Shown here: piece after piece, positions 9,897 to 20,100 of the stretch
How positions within the stretch are numbered: the stretch's first letter is position 1
Layout of the letters: each line of letters starts with the position of its first letter
From: an uncultured Clostridia bacterium
GTDB taxonomy: Bacteria > Bacillota > Clostridia > Christensenellales > UBA1242
Assembly: GCA_947595235.1 (NCBI GenBank)
Contig: CANQEP010000001.1
Location: 7,451-71,450 of the forward strand
DNA length: 64,000 nt
Direction of reading: 5' to 3'
The notes under the pieces: model-generated
The model's database searches: none
Told to the model about the DNA's origin: nothing
The model's input: only the letters and a program-made list of their open reading frames with translations
Made by a program: the position numbers and the translations under genes

Positions 9897-10799
9897 TCAT
9901 TCTCCTATATATTCAATCTCGCGCTCAAGCCTTACGCCAAACTTATTATACACCTCTTGTTCGGCTTTATCAATCAATTTTAGCACATCATTTGAGGTCG
10001 CTCCCCCGCGATTTATGATGAAGTTTGCATGCTTTTCGCTAATCTCCGCGCCCCCCTCTCTTGTGCCTTTCAAGTTTGCCGAGTCAATGAGTTTCCCTGC
10101 GGACACCTCACCGCACCGCTTAAAAACGCTCCCCGCACCTTTTCCTTTTGGCTGACTCTTTTCTCGCGCAGAAATGGTCTCTTTGATAATGGAATAGATA
10201 ACGCTTGACGCAAGCCTTTCAAGTTTCATTTCCACCGCCAAAACAACAAGCCCCGACCCCATGAGGTTTGAGTGATGATAAGAAAATCCAAGTTCGCTCG
10301 CCGAAAGAATTTTTACAACGCTCCCGTCAAGCACCATGACGCTCTCAACAACGTCAGACATCTGGTGCGAGAACGCGCCCGCATTGTTAACAGCCATGCC
10401 CCCAATGGTCGCGGGAATGCCAAACAAGTGCTCAAGTCCGCTCAGCCCGTGCTGGGCGCACCAAAGTATGAGTTCACCCGCCATAACTCCCGCCGAAGCG
10501 CGCACCGTGGTCTCATGAAGAGTGATTTTCCCTTTCATTTTGCGTGTTGAGATAACCACCATGTCAAGGTTGTTTGAAGAAAACAGCAAGTTACTACCCC
10601 CACCAATAACCTTGTATCTTAATGAAAGTTCCTCGCACGCCTTGACCGCCTTTATCAGTTCTTTCTTTGTTCTTGGCTCAACATATGCCCTCACCTTCCC
10701 GCCAATTCCAAACGTGGTCTTTTCTGACATACTCTCGCCATAAGAAATTATTGCCCGCGGTATAAATTTTTCTAGTTCATATTGAGTGTTTTTCTTCAT
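9897..10799 (-). CDS. murB: UDP-N-acetylenolpyruvoylglucosamine reductase
   Basis: 300 aa. FAD-binding region TTFGIGG..., IGGGSNLL, and a MurB C-terminal domain (AGSVFKR, GGAEISEKHANFIIN). Confidence 0.85.
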   Translation of the reverse strand: MKKNTQYELEKFIPRAIISYGESMSEKTTFGIGGKVRAYVEPRTKKELIKAVKACEELSLRYKVIGGGSNLLFSSNNLDMVVISTRKMKGKITLHETTVRASAGVMAGELILWCAQHGLSGLEHLFGIPATIGGMAVNNAGAFSHQMSDVVESVMVLDGSVVKILSASELGFSYHHSNLMGSGLVVLAVEMKLERLASSVIYSIIKETISAREKSQPKGKGAGSVFKRCGEVSAGKLIDSANLKGTREGGAEISEKHANFIINRGGATSNDVLKLIDKAEQEVYNKFGVRLEREIEYIGE

Positions 10800-10808
10800 A
10801 GTCCCAAC

Positions 10809-11939
10809 CTAAAACGCCCCTTCAACAACCATATTTTCGCTTGCACTCTCTTCAAAAGTGCACATATTCCCCTCGCTGTATATCTTGCCTCGTGGGCTTA
10901 AAAGCCCAATGTTTACTAACCTTTGTTGCATCTCTTCGCTCAAAAGGAACTCAACAAAGTCCTTGCAAACCGAGATGACATCTTTGTTGTCGCTGGTCAC
11001 TGAAATGTAGTTAACAAGGTCGGTGTATTCTTTTAGTGGCTCAATCAAGATGTCGCTCTCAACTCCCGCCGCCACCCGATTTTCCATTCGAAAAACATCG
11101 CGCTGAGTTCCAAGAAGCATGGAACTTTTGCCACTTGTAAAACTTAAATACGCCTCGTATGGCGTCTGCCCAATGACTTTTGGGTCAACAACCCCATTCT
11201 CAATGAGAGAACTTAGCCCAACATCAAATGACCTTGAAAAAATCTTCTGCGCGTCAACATAATCGGTCTTTCCAAATGTCAACGAATATGTGTGTTTTGT
11301 TGTCCTCTTGGTCGTCACATCAAACGCAAGGTGTAGCGCGAGGTCTTTGAGATTTTTTACCTCTTTCTTTGCCTTCTCAACTCTTGCGGTGGAGGTCAAA
11401 AGCGCGTACATTCCATAGGCATATGGGCACGCAAGCAGCTTTCCTCTACACAGCCCCGCCATGGCAAAGTTTGGCAAAAGAGCCTTTTCAACCTCGGTTG
11501 AGAGTTCTTTCATCTTGTCTTTTAAGTATCCCGCGACCCCCGTGCCGAAGCAGAAAATGTCGGGATAAACGTTGTTTTTGAGGTTCGCGGTCATCTCATC
11601 AATGGTCAAATTCTCAACCATTATGAATGCTCCCTTATTTTGCTTTTCAAACCTCATTGCAACATCGTTCAAAAATCCCGACCTTGACGCGCATCCCCCT
11701 TCGAATGTGTCCACACTCCAAAGCCGAATTAATCCTTGATACTTCGCGCTTTTACCAAAAAACCTCTCTCTAAGAGAAGAGTCTGGACTTATGAAAAGAT
11801 AAGAAAAGTACACCACCAGCACCAGCCCAATCAAAATGGTCACGAGCGTAAGCTTCTTGACAGCAACAAAAAACAGCCTTGACTTTTTCTTCATACGAAA
11901 GTCTATGCAAGGCTGAATCTTTTCATGCTCAATCGCCAC
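10809..11939 (-). CDS. Membrane-anchored extracellular solute-binding-like protein
   Basis: An N-terminal TM anchor (LTLVTILIGLVLVVYFSYLF) is followed by an SBP-like alpha/beta body. The start may be MKKKSRLFF at 11894. Family assignment is tentative. Confidence 0.45.
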   Translation of the reverse strand: MAIEHEKIQPCIDFRMKKKSRLFFVAVKKLTLVTILIGLVLVVYFSYLFISPDSSLRERFFGKSAKYQGLIRLWSVDTFEGGCASRSGFLNDVAMRFEKQNKGAFIMVENLTIDEMTANLKNNVYPDIFCFGTGVAGYLKDKMKELSTEVEKALLPNFAMAGLCRGKLLACPYAYGMYALLTSTARVEKAKKEVKNLKDLALHLAFDVTTKRTTKHTYSLTFGKTDYVDAQKIFSRSFDVGLSSLIENGVVDPKVIGQTPYEAYLSFTSGKSSMLLGTQRDVFRMENRVAAGVESDILIEPLKEYTDLVNYISVTSDNKDVISVCKDFVEFLLSEEMQQRLVNIGLLSPRGKIYSEGNMCTFEESASENMVVEGAF

Positions 11940-11959
11940 ACCGCTAACGGCAAGGCGTG

Positions 11960-13780
11960 TTAACTATTATGAATGCTGTTATAAATTTCAATGGCTCTTT
12001 GCTGGCTTATGCCCTCAATCTCGGAAAACTCTTCGGGCTTGGCGTTAAAGATGTTTTCTTTTGTCTTAAACTTCTTCCATATCTTGGTTGAAAGCACCTT
12101 TCCCACCCCGTTAATACTTTCAAGGAAGGAACTTACGCTTTGACCCCGCAAATTTCTGTGGTAATAGACCGCGAACCTATGCGACTCGTCGCGCACCCTT
12201 TGAAGTAGCCTCAACGCATAACTTGACCTTGGCAGAGTCAACGGAACAGAGGAAGACGAAACATAAATCTCTTCCTCCTTCTTCGCAAGGCTTATAACCG
12301 GGATGTCCAGCCCGTGCTCCAAAATAACATCCCTAGCACTGTGGAGTTGCCCAAGCCCGCCGTCGATGAGTATGAGGTCGGGCCTTTTTTCAAAGTTCTT
12401 TTGACCACTTACAAAACTTTCAATCCTTCGCCTAAGTGTTTCGTTCATGCACGCAAAGTCGTTCGCGCCCTCAACCGTCTTTATCTTGAACTTTCTATAC
12501 TCGCTCTTGTTCGGCTCGCCATCCTCAAAAACGACCATGCTGGCAACGTTGTTCGTCCCACTGATGTTGCTGATGTCGTAGCCCTCAATTCGGTTGAGAC
12601 TCTTGACATGAAGTATCTCGCAAAGTTCGGCGATTGCGTCTTTTGTAAGTTTTTTGTGACGCTCAAACTTGTCCCGCGAATTTTCGGCAAATTCTTTTGC
12701 ATTGCTAAGCGTACTCTCAAGAAGTTGCTTTTTTACACCTTTAACTGGGAATACCGCCTTGACCTTTTTTGCGAACTTCTCAAACAAGAAGTTTTCAAGT
12801 ATTGTTCCCTCCTCTTTCAACACTTCGGGAAGGACAATCTCTTTTGGAAGTTCACCGCTTTCGTCGTAGTATGAACTAATAAAACTCGACAGCAGTTCGC
12901 TCTCGCTCCCCACCGCATCTTCAAGAGGATAATTGAACTGCCCAATGTTTTTGCCCCCGCGAATTTTCATGACATTGATAACGCTGAACTCTTCGCCCAT
13001 ATAGATGTCAAAAACGTCGATTGCTGTGTCGGTCGTGAGGCTAGTTATGAGTTCGCTGTCCATCTTGTCAAGTGCATAGAGAAGGTTCTTTATCTCAAGT
13101 GCGTCCTCAAAGAGCATTCGGTCAGCCTTCTCTTTCATGCGAACTTTTAGCCTTTCCTTTATCTCTTTGTTGTCGCCATTAAGAAAGTTGATGACAGATT
13201 TTATGGCATCCATATACTCTTCTTCGCGCGAGGCGTACGCGCATGGCGCAATGCAGTCTCCAATCTCACCATGAAGGCAAGGGCGAGGCATCATCTTGCC
13301 GTTATCGAAGTTGTGGTTGCACCAGCGTATTGGCCACGCCCACTTTATAAGGTTCATGACCTCGGTTATTCTCACCCCAGTGACGTATGGCCCAAACAAG
13401 AGCGACCCGTCCTTTTTCGGACGCCTCACAACTTGAACGCGCGGGAACCTCTCTTTAAGGTTTATCTTTATGTATGGGAATGACTTGTCGTCTTTCAAAA
13501 GTATGTTGTATTTTGGCTTGTACTTCTTTATGAGGTTGCTCTCAAGCGAAAAGGCATCAAGTTCGCTGTTTGTTAAAATGTACTCAAAGTCGTCCACGTT
13601 TGAAACGAGGTTATAAGTTTTAATGGTCTTTTTGCTTGCATCAAAATATGTTTTAACGCGATTTTTGAGTTTTTTTGCCTTTCCAACATAGATGACCGTG
13701 CCCGACGAGTCTTTCATGATATATACGCCGGGTTTCATTGGAAGAAGGGCAACCTTTTCGTGAATTTTTTGACTAACCAT
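11960..13780 (-). CDS. uvrC: Excinuclease ABC subunit C
   Basis: 606 aa. GIY-YIG N-terminus (GVYIMKDSSGTVIYVGKAKKLKNRV), UVR domain, endonuclease V-like domain and a C-terminal (HhH)2. Confidence 0.9.
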   Translation of the reverse strand: MVSQKIHEKVALLPMKPGVYIMKDSSGTVIYVGKAKKLKNRVKTYFDASKKTIKTYNLVSNVDDFEYILTNSELDAFSLESNLIKKYKPKYNILLKDDKSFPYIKINLKERFPRVQVVRRPKKDGSLLFGPYVTGVRITEVMNLIKWAWPIRWCNHNFDNGKMMPRPCLHGEIGDCIAPCAYASREEEYMDAIKSVINFLNGDNKEIKERLKVRMKEKADRMLFEDALEIKNLLYALDKMDSELITSLTTDTAIDVFDIYMGEEFSVINVMKIRGGKNIGQFNYPLEDAVGSESELLSSFISSYYDESGELPKEIVLPEVLKEEGTILENFLFEKFAKKVKAVFPVKGVKKQLLESTLSNAKEFAENSRDKFERHKKLTKDAIAELCEILHVKSLNRIEGYDISNISGTNNVASMVVFEDGEPNKSEYRKFKIKTVEGANDFACMNETLRRRIESFVSGQKNFEKRPDLILIDGGLGQLHSARDVILEHGLDIPVISLAKKEEEIYVSSSSVPLTLPRSSYALRLLQRVRDESHRFAVYYHRNLRGQSVSSFLESINGVGKVLSTKIWKKFKTKENIFNAKPEEFSEIEGISQQRAIEIYNSIHNS

Positions 13781-13896
13781 AGTCTAATTATAACACACAA
13801 ACAAAAAAATAAAAGCAAAAGAAGGCAAAATATAAACAAACATGTATTGATTTTCTGCATTAAAAGTTGTATAATATCTTCATAAGGAGGGCGCAT

Positions 13897-14607
13897 ATGA
13901 ACATTGAAGAACTTGACACAGACGAACTCAGACGCATAAGGCAAAGAGTCCTTGGCATCTATTTGTCACTAAAAAAAGTGAAAGAAGCCAATTCTCTTGA
14001 AAAGTGCACCCTCAACGAACTTATAAACTTGAAATGGCTTAACAGCGAAAAGAACGAACCAGAAACTGCCAGTGATGTAGAAAACTACATTCAGCAAGAA
14101 AAACTCCTTATCTTGGCAATTGAGCAACTGACAAATGACGACGACGAGCAAAAAAGTATGCTTGATGGCGACCTTGACGTGCTCTCTAATGTGATGGGGA
14201 AACTTTCACTAATAATTGAACCCTACGACTACGATGCCTACGAGGCTGTTATAAGCGAGCGCACATCAGACCTTGAAAACAGCGAGGACTACGAGAAAGA
14301 AATCAACACAATCTTCCTTGACGGCATAGATTTGGACATTGAAATGTATGACGTTCACGCAATGAACTACCTCAACTCTCTAATGTTTCAAGGGAAAATG
14401 GCATACAAAGAATATGCAAATGTTAAAAAGACTCTCAGCGAAAAGATTGAGAGGCTAAAAGCCGACCGCGACCAACTCTTTAATGAGTCAATGGAGCACT
14501 TAAAAGACATAAAGCGCAAAGAAAAGCGCTCAAAACAAAAAAACATCTTCCTTCGCAAAAAGAATACTGGCGAAGTTGAGAGCGAAGATGACGAAAATGA
14601 AAAATAA
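13897..14607 (+). CDS. Acidic coiled-coil protein, unknown function
   Basis: ATG 13897 (MNIEELDTDEL) follows AAGGAGGG. Highly acidic with a lysine-rich tail. No family recognised. Confidence 0.5.
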   Translation: MNIEELDTDELRRIRQRVLGIYLSLKKVKEANSLEKCTLNELINLKWLNSEKNEPETASDVENYIQQEKLLILAIEQLTNDDDEQKSMLDGDLDVLSNVMGKLSLIIEPYDYDAYEAVISERTSDLENSEDYEKEINTIFLDGIDLDIEMYDVHAMNYLNSLMFQGKMAYKEYANVKKTLSEKIERLKADRDQLFNESMEHLKDIKRKEKRSKQKNIFLRKKNTGEVESEDDENEK

Positions 14608-14638
14608 CACCACCGATTTTTAAGTCGGTGGCGTTTTT

Positions 14639-15709
14639 TTACTCTTCACTTCCGCTCAAAAGTGCTTGTTGGTGAGCGATTTGCAGTGCCTCAATAAGGG
14701 GCTCAATGTTGCCATTCATAATGGAGTCAAGGCTGTAGAGCGTGAGGTTTATTCTGTGATCGGTCACGCGATTTTGTGGGTAGTTGTAGGTCCTTATCTT
14801 CTCGGACCTGTCGCCAGTTCCAACTTGAAGACGCCTTTTTTCTGAGTACTCTTTGTCCGCTTGGCTCTGATAAAAGTCATAGAGTTTTGCTTTTAGCCAA
14901 TTCATCGCCTTTTCGCGGTTCTTGATTTGAGACCTTTCGTCTTGACAAGCAACAACAATTCCCGTTGGAAGGTGGGTTATTCTTATGGCAGACTCAGTCT
15001 TGTTGACGTGCTGTCCCCCCGCCCCGCCACTTCGGTATGTGTCAATTTGAAGGTCTTTTTCGTTAATTTCAATCTCAACGTTTGTTGCCTCGGGCAAGAC
15101 CGCTACGGTCGCCGTTGAGGTGTGGACTCTGCCTTGGCTTTCAGTCTCGGGCACTCTTTGAACGCGGTGAACTCCGCTCTCAAACTTGAGTTTTGAGAAC
15201 GCCCCCTTGCCCTTAACCATAAATGTGCAATACTTGACTCCGCCATCGTCGGCATAGTTGCCGTCAAGTTCCTCAATTTGATAATTGCATTTCTCGGCAA
15301 AAAGATAATACATTCTCTTGAGGTCGGCGCCAAAGAGCGCTGCCTCGTCTCCACCCGCACCTCCGCGAATTTCAATGATGACATTCTTTTCGTCGTCTTC
15401 ATCCTTTGGCAAAAGAAGGACCTTGAGTTCATGCTCAATTCTTGCCAAATTGGCCTTTGATGATGAATACTCTTCATCAAGCAACGCAATCATCTCTTTG
15501 TCGGTCTCGCCCTTTCTCATCTCTTCTGCCTCTTTGAGGTTCTTCTCATTTTGCAAATACTCGTCATACTTTTCAATAATTGGTGCGAGTTCAGACTGCT
15601 CCTTCGCTATTTTTTGAAAACGCTTTTGGTCAAGATAGATGTCGGGGTCTTGAAGTTCACGCTCAAGTTCCTTTAACCTCTCTTTCATTTGCTTTAATTT
15701 TTCTAACAT
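14639..15709 (-). CDS. prfA: Peptide chain release factor 1
   Basis: 356 aa with the PxT-type tripeptide region (PEAT) and the GGQ motif (SGGAGGQHVNKTESAIRITHLPTG). Confidence 0.95.
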   Translation of the reverse strand: MLEKLKQMKERLKELERELQDPDIYLDQKRFQKIAKEQSELAPIIEKYDEYLQNEKNLKEAEEMRKGETDKEMIALLDEEYSSSKANLARIEHELKVLLLPKDEDDEKNVIIEIRGGAGGDEAALFGADLKRMYYLFAEKCNYQIEELDGNYADDGGVKYCTFMVKGKGAFSKLKFESGVHRVQRVPETESQGRVHTSTATVAVLPEATNVEIEINEKDLQIDTYRSGGAGGQHVNKTESAIRITHLPTGIVVACQDERSQIKNREKAMNWLKAKLYDFYQSQADKEYSEKRRLQVGTGDRSEKIRTYNYPQNRVTDHRINLTLYSLDSIMNGNIEPLIEALQIAHQQALLSGSEE

Positions 15710-15711
15710 AT

Positions 15712-16530
15712 TTATCTCCTTTTAGTGGCAAACACCATTCGGTCATTGCCCTCTAGGTCTTTTTTCACTTTTATATTCTCAAAATCTTTTTCTAACAACT
15801 TGCTAACGTCATCGGCTTGGTCAAAACCAATCTCAAAAAAGATTTTTCCACCCTCTTTCAAAAACTTTGGGGCATCCTTTATTATTCTTTTATAGAACTT
15901 CAAGCCGTCTTCTCCGCCAAAGAGTGCCAACTTTGGCTCATAATTTTTCACGGTTTTGTCCAATTTTTCATACTCTTTACGGCTAATATATGGTGGATTT
16001 GCGATTATCACATCAAATTTGTGCCCTTTCACCCCCGAAAAGAGGTCAGAAAACGCAAAATTGATATCTGCATGGTTATTTTCAGCATTAATTTTCGCAA
16101 TTTTCAGTGCTCGTCTGCTTTTGTCCACCGCAAAAACATTGGCATTCGTCTGTTTTTTTATGGCAATAGCGATTGCTCCGCTCCCCGTTCCAATGTCCAA
16201 AACATCATGAGTGGGCAAAATATAGTCCTTCGCCAGCAAAACGAGTTCTTCGGTCTCGGGTCTTGGAACAAGCACATTTTTGTTGACAAAAAGGTCGTAA
16301 CCATAGAAGTTTGCCGACGAAACAACATATTCAAGTGGCATTCCCTTCTTTCGCTTTTTGAGGTTACTTATAAGGCGCTTTTCAAGTTCTTTGTCGATTT
16401 CGTCAGTCTTATAGATGTCTGCGCGCCCTATGCCAAGCGAAAGAGCCACCAACCACTCGGCTTCAAGAGTGGGATTTTCGAACATGACAAGTTCTTTCTC
16501 ACAAAATTTGACGGCATCAACAACTCTCAA
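15712..16530 (-). CDS. prmC: Release-factor glutamine N5-methyltransferase
   Basis: SAM motif LDIGTGSGAIAIA and catalytic NPPY (IIANPPYI). Ends 2 nt before prfA starts. Confidence 0.85.
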   Translation of the reverse strand: MRVVDAVKFCEKELVMFENPTLEAEWLVALSLGIGRADIYKTDEIDKELEKRLISNLKKRKKGMPLEYVVSSANFYGYDLFVNKNVLVPRPETEELVLLAKDYILPTHDVLDIGTGSGAIAIAIKKQTNANVFAVDKSRRALKIAKINAENNHADINFAFSDLFSGVKGHKFDVIIANPPYISRKEYEKLDKTVKNYEPKLALFGGEDGLKFYKRIIKDAPKFLKEGGKIFFEIGFDQADDVSKLLEKDFENIKVKKDLEGNDRMVFATKRR

Positions 16531-16631
16531 AACTCTTCCCCCAATTCTTTGTAAAAAAAATGTGTAACCAAGAAGTCTTTTCTTTAATTACACAAAAAAT
16601 TCCATACAAGTGTATGGAAAAGATAAGTTTG

Positions 16632-16838
16632 CTACTTATTGTTGTAACGCTTGTTGAACTTTTCAACTCTTCCGCCCGCGTCAACAATCTTTTGCGCGCC
16701 AGTGAAAAATGGATGACATTTGTTGCAAACGTCAATCTTAATCTCGTCGCCCTTCTTTGTTGAACCGGTCTTGAAAGTTTCACCGCAAGCACATGTTACG
16801 GTAACTTCATGATAATCTGGATGAATATTTTGTTTCAT
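16632..16838 (-). CDS. rpmE: 50S ribosomal protein L31
   Basis: 68 aa. [27 protein letters not shown]...[12 protein letters not shown], the Zn-ribbon (CxxC) form of L31. Confidence 0.9.
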   Translation of the reverse strand: MKQNIHPDYHEVTVTCACGETFKTGSTKKGDEIKIDVCNKCHPFFTGAQKIVDAGGRVEKFNKRYNNK

Positions 16839-16907
16839 AACTTCGCCCTCACTTTAATTTGCAAAGGCATTATAAACCGAAATGTTCTTGATGTCAAGTG
16901 TTTTTAA

Positions 16908-17030
16908 TTATTTTACAACCTCTGGCGCAACAAAAACATAACTGTTCGTTTTTCCCTCTTCCAAAACCTCAACAATGCTCTCATCTGCCGGGAAATAATT
17001 TGCCACTTCAACAGTTTCTATACTTGCCAT
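16908..17030 (-). CDS. Unannotated 40-aa small ORF
   Basis: Below the track cutoff. ATG 17030 is preceded by AAAAATGGAGGcaaatt (GGAGG, 6-nt spacing). Product: MASIETVEVANYFPADESIVEVLEEGKTNSYVFVAPEVVK. Lies between the ileS terminator and rpmE. Confidence 0.4.
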   Translation of the reverse strand: MASIETVEVANYFPADESIVEVLEEGKTNSYVFVAPEVVK

Positions 17031-17075
17031 AATTTGCCTCCATTTTTAGTCTTTTCAAAAAGCAAATTATTATGC

Positions 17076-17107
17076 AAAAAAACAAGTCGCCAACTTCTTG
17101 ACGACTC
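17076..17107 (-). terminator. Putative intrinsic terminator after ileS
   Basis: Minus strand: GAGTCG-12 nt loop-CGACTT followed by GTTTTTTT. Short stem, so moderate confidence. Confidence 0.45.
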
Positions 17108-17167
17108 ATTTTGAATTTTTATTTGTAAAATTTATGCTTTTTTCATATTATTTTTTGCAAACTTATA

Positions 17168-20100
17168 TTATTTTTTGCAAATTTTAACTTTTACGCCTTC
17201 AACTTCAAAAGATGATTTTGCCTCTGACTTTGAAAGAGTTTTTTGCTCTGCCAAGGTCTCTTTCAAAATGGTTTCAACAAAGTTTGTTGGAACATCACCC
17301 TCAAGGTCAAGATATATTCGGTCGGTTATTTCAAGGCCAAGACTCTTTCTTGCGTCTTGCACATTTCTTATAATTTCTCGCGCAACGCCCTCTTCTTTTA
17401 GTTCGCTAGTTATTGTTAAATCAAGCGAGACAATGACCTCTTCATTGCTAAGAACTGGCATATTATTTTTAGCGATATACGAAACCAAGATGTCTTCTTT
17501 GTTAAGGCAAATCTCTTCTTCGCCCCTAACATAATATTTTCCGTCTTTATATACAAGGTTTCCGCTCTTAATTGCCCTTGTTATAACTGGTATCTTGCTA
17601 CCCATGGTCTTGCCAACTGTTGCAAAGTTCACTTTGTAGTCTATGCTTGCAATGTCGTTGACGTCGCTAATGAGTGCCACCTCTTTGACATTTAGTTCTT
17701 CCTTTATGATGTCAAGGTGCTTTCTTGCAATTTCGTAGTCCTCTTTCTTTGTGAAGGCAACTTCAAGGAGTGACAGTGGCTGTCTGTTCTTTATGTTATT
17801 TTTGTTCCTTATCCCCCTCGCAAGGTGAATAATCTCTTGCAACAAATCAACCTCTTTCAAGAGTGCATCATCTTTGAACTTCTTGTCAATGTTTGGCCAC
17901 TTTTCAAGGTGCACACTCTCTTCGTCGGTCAAACTTTTGAATATCTTTTCTGAGATAATCGGAGCAACTGGCGCAATGATTTTGCAGAAATTCGTTAGAA
18001 CATAGTACAGCGTTTCATAACCGCTCTTCTTGTCTTCGTCAAGCCCACTCGCCCAGAAACGCCTTCTTGAACGGCGGATGTACCAGTTTGAGAGCCCGTC
18101 AATAAAGTCAACAATAGGAGTTATATACTCATCAACGCGGTAGTTATCCATGCTGTCCTTTATCTGTTTTTCAACGTTATAGAGTTTAGCCAAAATCCAC
18201 TTGTCCAAACTATTTTTAGGCTTAACATCTGCGTTAATGTCTCCAACAAAGCCGTCAATCTTTGAATAACTTTGATAAAAGCAAGCGCAGTTGAAAAGCG
18301 GCAAGATTACTTGTTGAATTTTGTCTTTAAGCCCGCTCTCGTCGAACATCATGTCATTGACGAGCATGGCATTTGAACTGTACATATAAAGCCTGAACGC
18401 GTCTGTTCCATAAGTTTTCATAAGTTCCATTGGGTCGGTGTAGTTCTTGGATTTCTTTGAAAGTTTTTTGCCGTCTTTCGCAAGGACAGTCCCATGAACA
18501 ATGCAATTTTTGTATGCCGGCTTATTAAACAAAGCGACCGACAAAACATGCAAATAATAGAACCAGCACCTAATTTGACCAGTGTACTCAACAACGAAGT
18601 CTGACGGAGAGTGCGTATCGAACCATTTTTTGTTCTCAAATGGATAATGTAGCCTTGCAAATGGCACACTTCCCGACTCAAACCAGCAGTCAAGAACTTC
18701 GTTCACGCGCTTCATCTCGTGCCCGCACTCGCATTTTAGTGTTATTTTGTCAAGATATTGCTTGTGAAGGTTGGCGACCTTTTGCCCGCTCTCCTTCTCT
18801 ATTTCTTCAATGCTACCAAGCACTTTTCTCTTTTTGCAGACTGGGCACTCCCAAACTGGAATTGGCGTGCTCCAATATCTGTTTCGCGAAATGTTCCAGT
18901 CGCGCGCGTTGTTGAGCCAGTTGCCAAATCTCCCCGTCTTTATGAAGTCTGGCACCCAATTTACTTTTTCATTTTGCTTGATAAGTTCGTCCTTTATCTT
19001 GTCTATTGAAAAGTACCAAGCGTCCATGGCCTTGTAAATTAGCGGAGTTGAACAGCGCCAGCAATGAGGGTAGTTGTGGACAATGGAGCCGTCGGCAACA
19101 TATATATTGTTCTCTTTAAGGTAGCGGATGACGTCGCTGTTGGCGTCAAAGACCATTTTGCCTTCAAACAACTTGACGTCACTTGTGAAGCGACCTTTTT
19201 CATCAACAGGGCAAACAAGAGGAACGCCATTTTTCTTGCACGCCCAATAGTCGTCTTCACCAAAGGCGGGCGCGATGTGGACAATGGAAATTCCCTCGTT
19301 CTCGTCTACAAATTCAGCCGAAATAACCTTAAACGCCCCTTCATCTGCCTTATCAGAAAAGCAGTCGAAAAGCGGCTTGTATCTTCTGCCAACAAGTTCG
19401 CTCCCCTTAACAACTTTCAAAACATTTGGCTTTTCGCCGAACACATTTTTGTACTGGCCAAGGTTCTTGTTCGATGCAATCAAGATGTCGCCACTCTCAG
19501 TAAGAACATAGGCATATTCAATGTTGTCGTTAACGGCAAGCGCCATGTTTGAAGGAAGAGTCCAAGGCGTGGTTGTCCATGCAAGAAAGTATACTTTGTG
19601 TCCGTCAAGAACCTCGTCTGTCAAGAACTTTGCCATGACCCACCTGTCTTGGCGTGGCCTTGTTGAGTCGGCTTCCCTTGTCTCACTTATAGAGAGAGCG
19701 GTCTCGCAACGCGGACAATATGGAGTAACGCGGTAGTCTTTATAGATGAGCCCCTTATTATAAAGTTCCTTGAACGCCCAAATAACGCTCTCCATGAATG
19801 GAGTGTCCATGGTCTTGTACGCTTTGTCATACTCAGTCCAGCGCGCCATTTCGCGAACATACTCTTTCCACGAGTCGTTGTTTTGTGAGACTATTTCACG
19901 GCACTTGTCATTGAACTTATCAACGCCGATTTTGTTCTCAATCTCTGTTTTGTTGTCGATGTTTAAAAGCGCCTCGGCTTGAACTTCGATTGGAAGGCCG
20001 TGGCAATCCCAACCCCACTGGCGAGGCACCGAGTAACCTTGCATTGTGAAGTATCTTGAAATCATGTCCTTTATGAACGAGACAAGCACAGTCCCATGGT

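Noticed and set aside
16517-16792. 91-aa ORF overlapping rpmE in another frame
   Set aside because: It overlaps the strongly supported L31 gene and the prmC 5' end, and it has no RBS or recognisable features.
17142-17181. Tandem 20-bp duplication (..TATATTATTTTTTGCAAA twice) spanning the ileS stop codon
   Set aside because: It is a simple two-unit duplication of the gene's last codons plus stop in an AT-rich spacer. It has no flanking structure or coding consequence and is most likely a replication-slippage scar.
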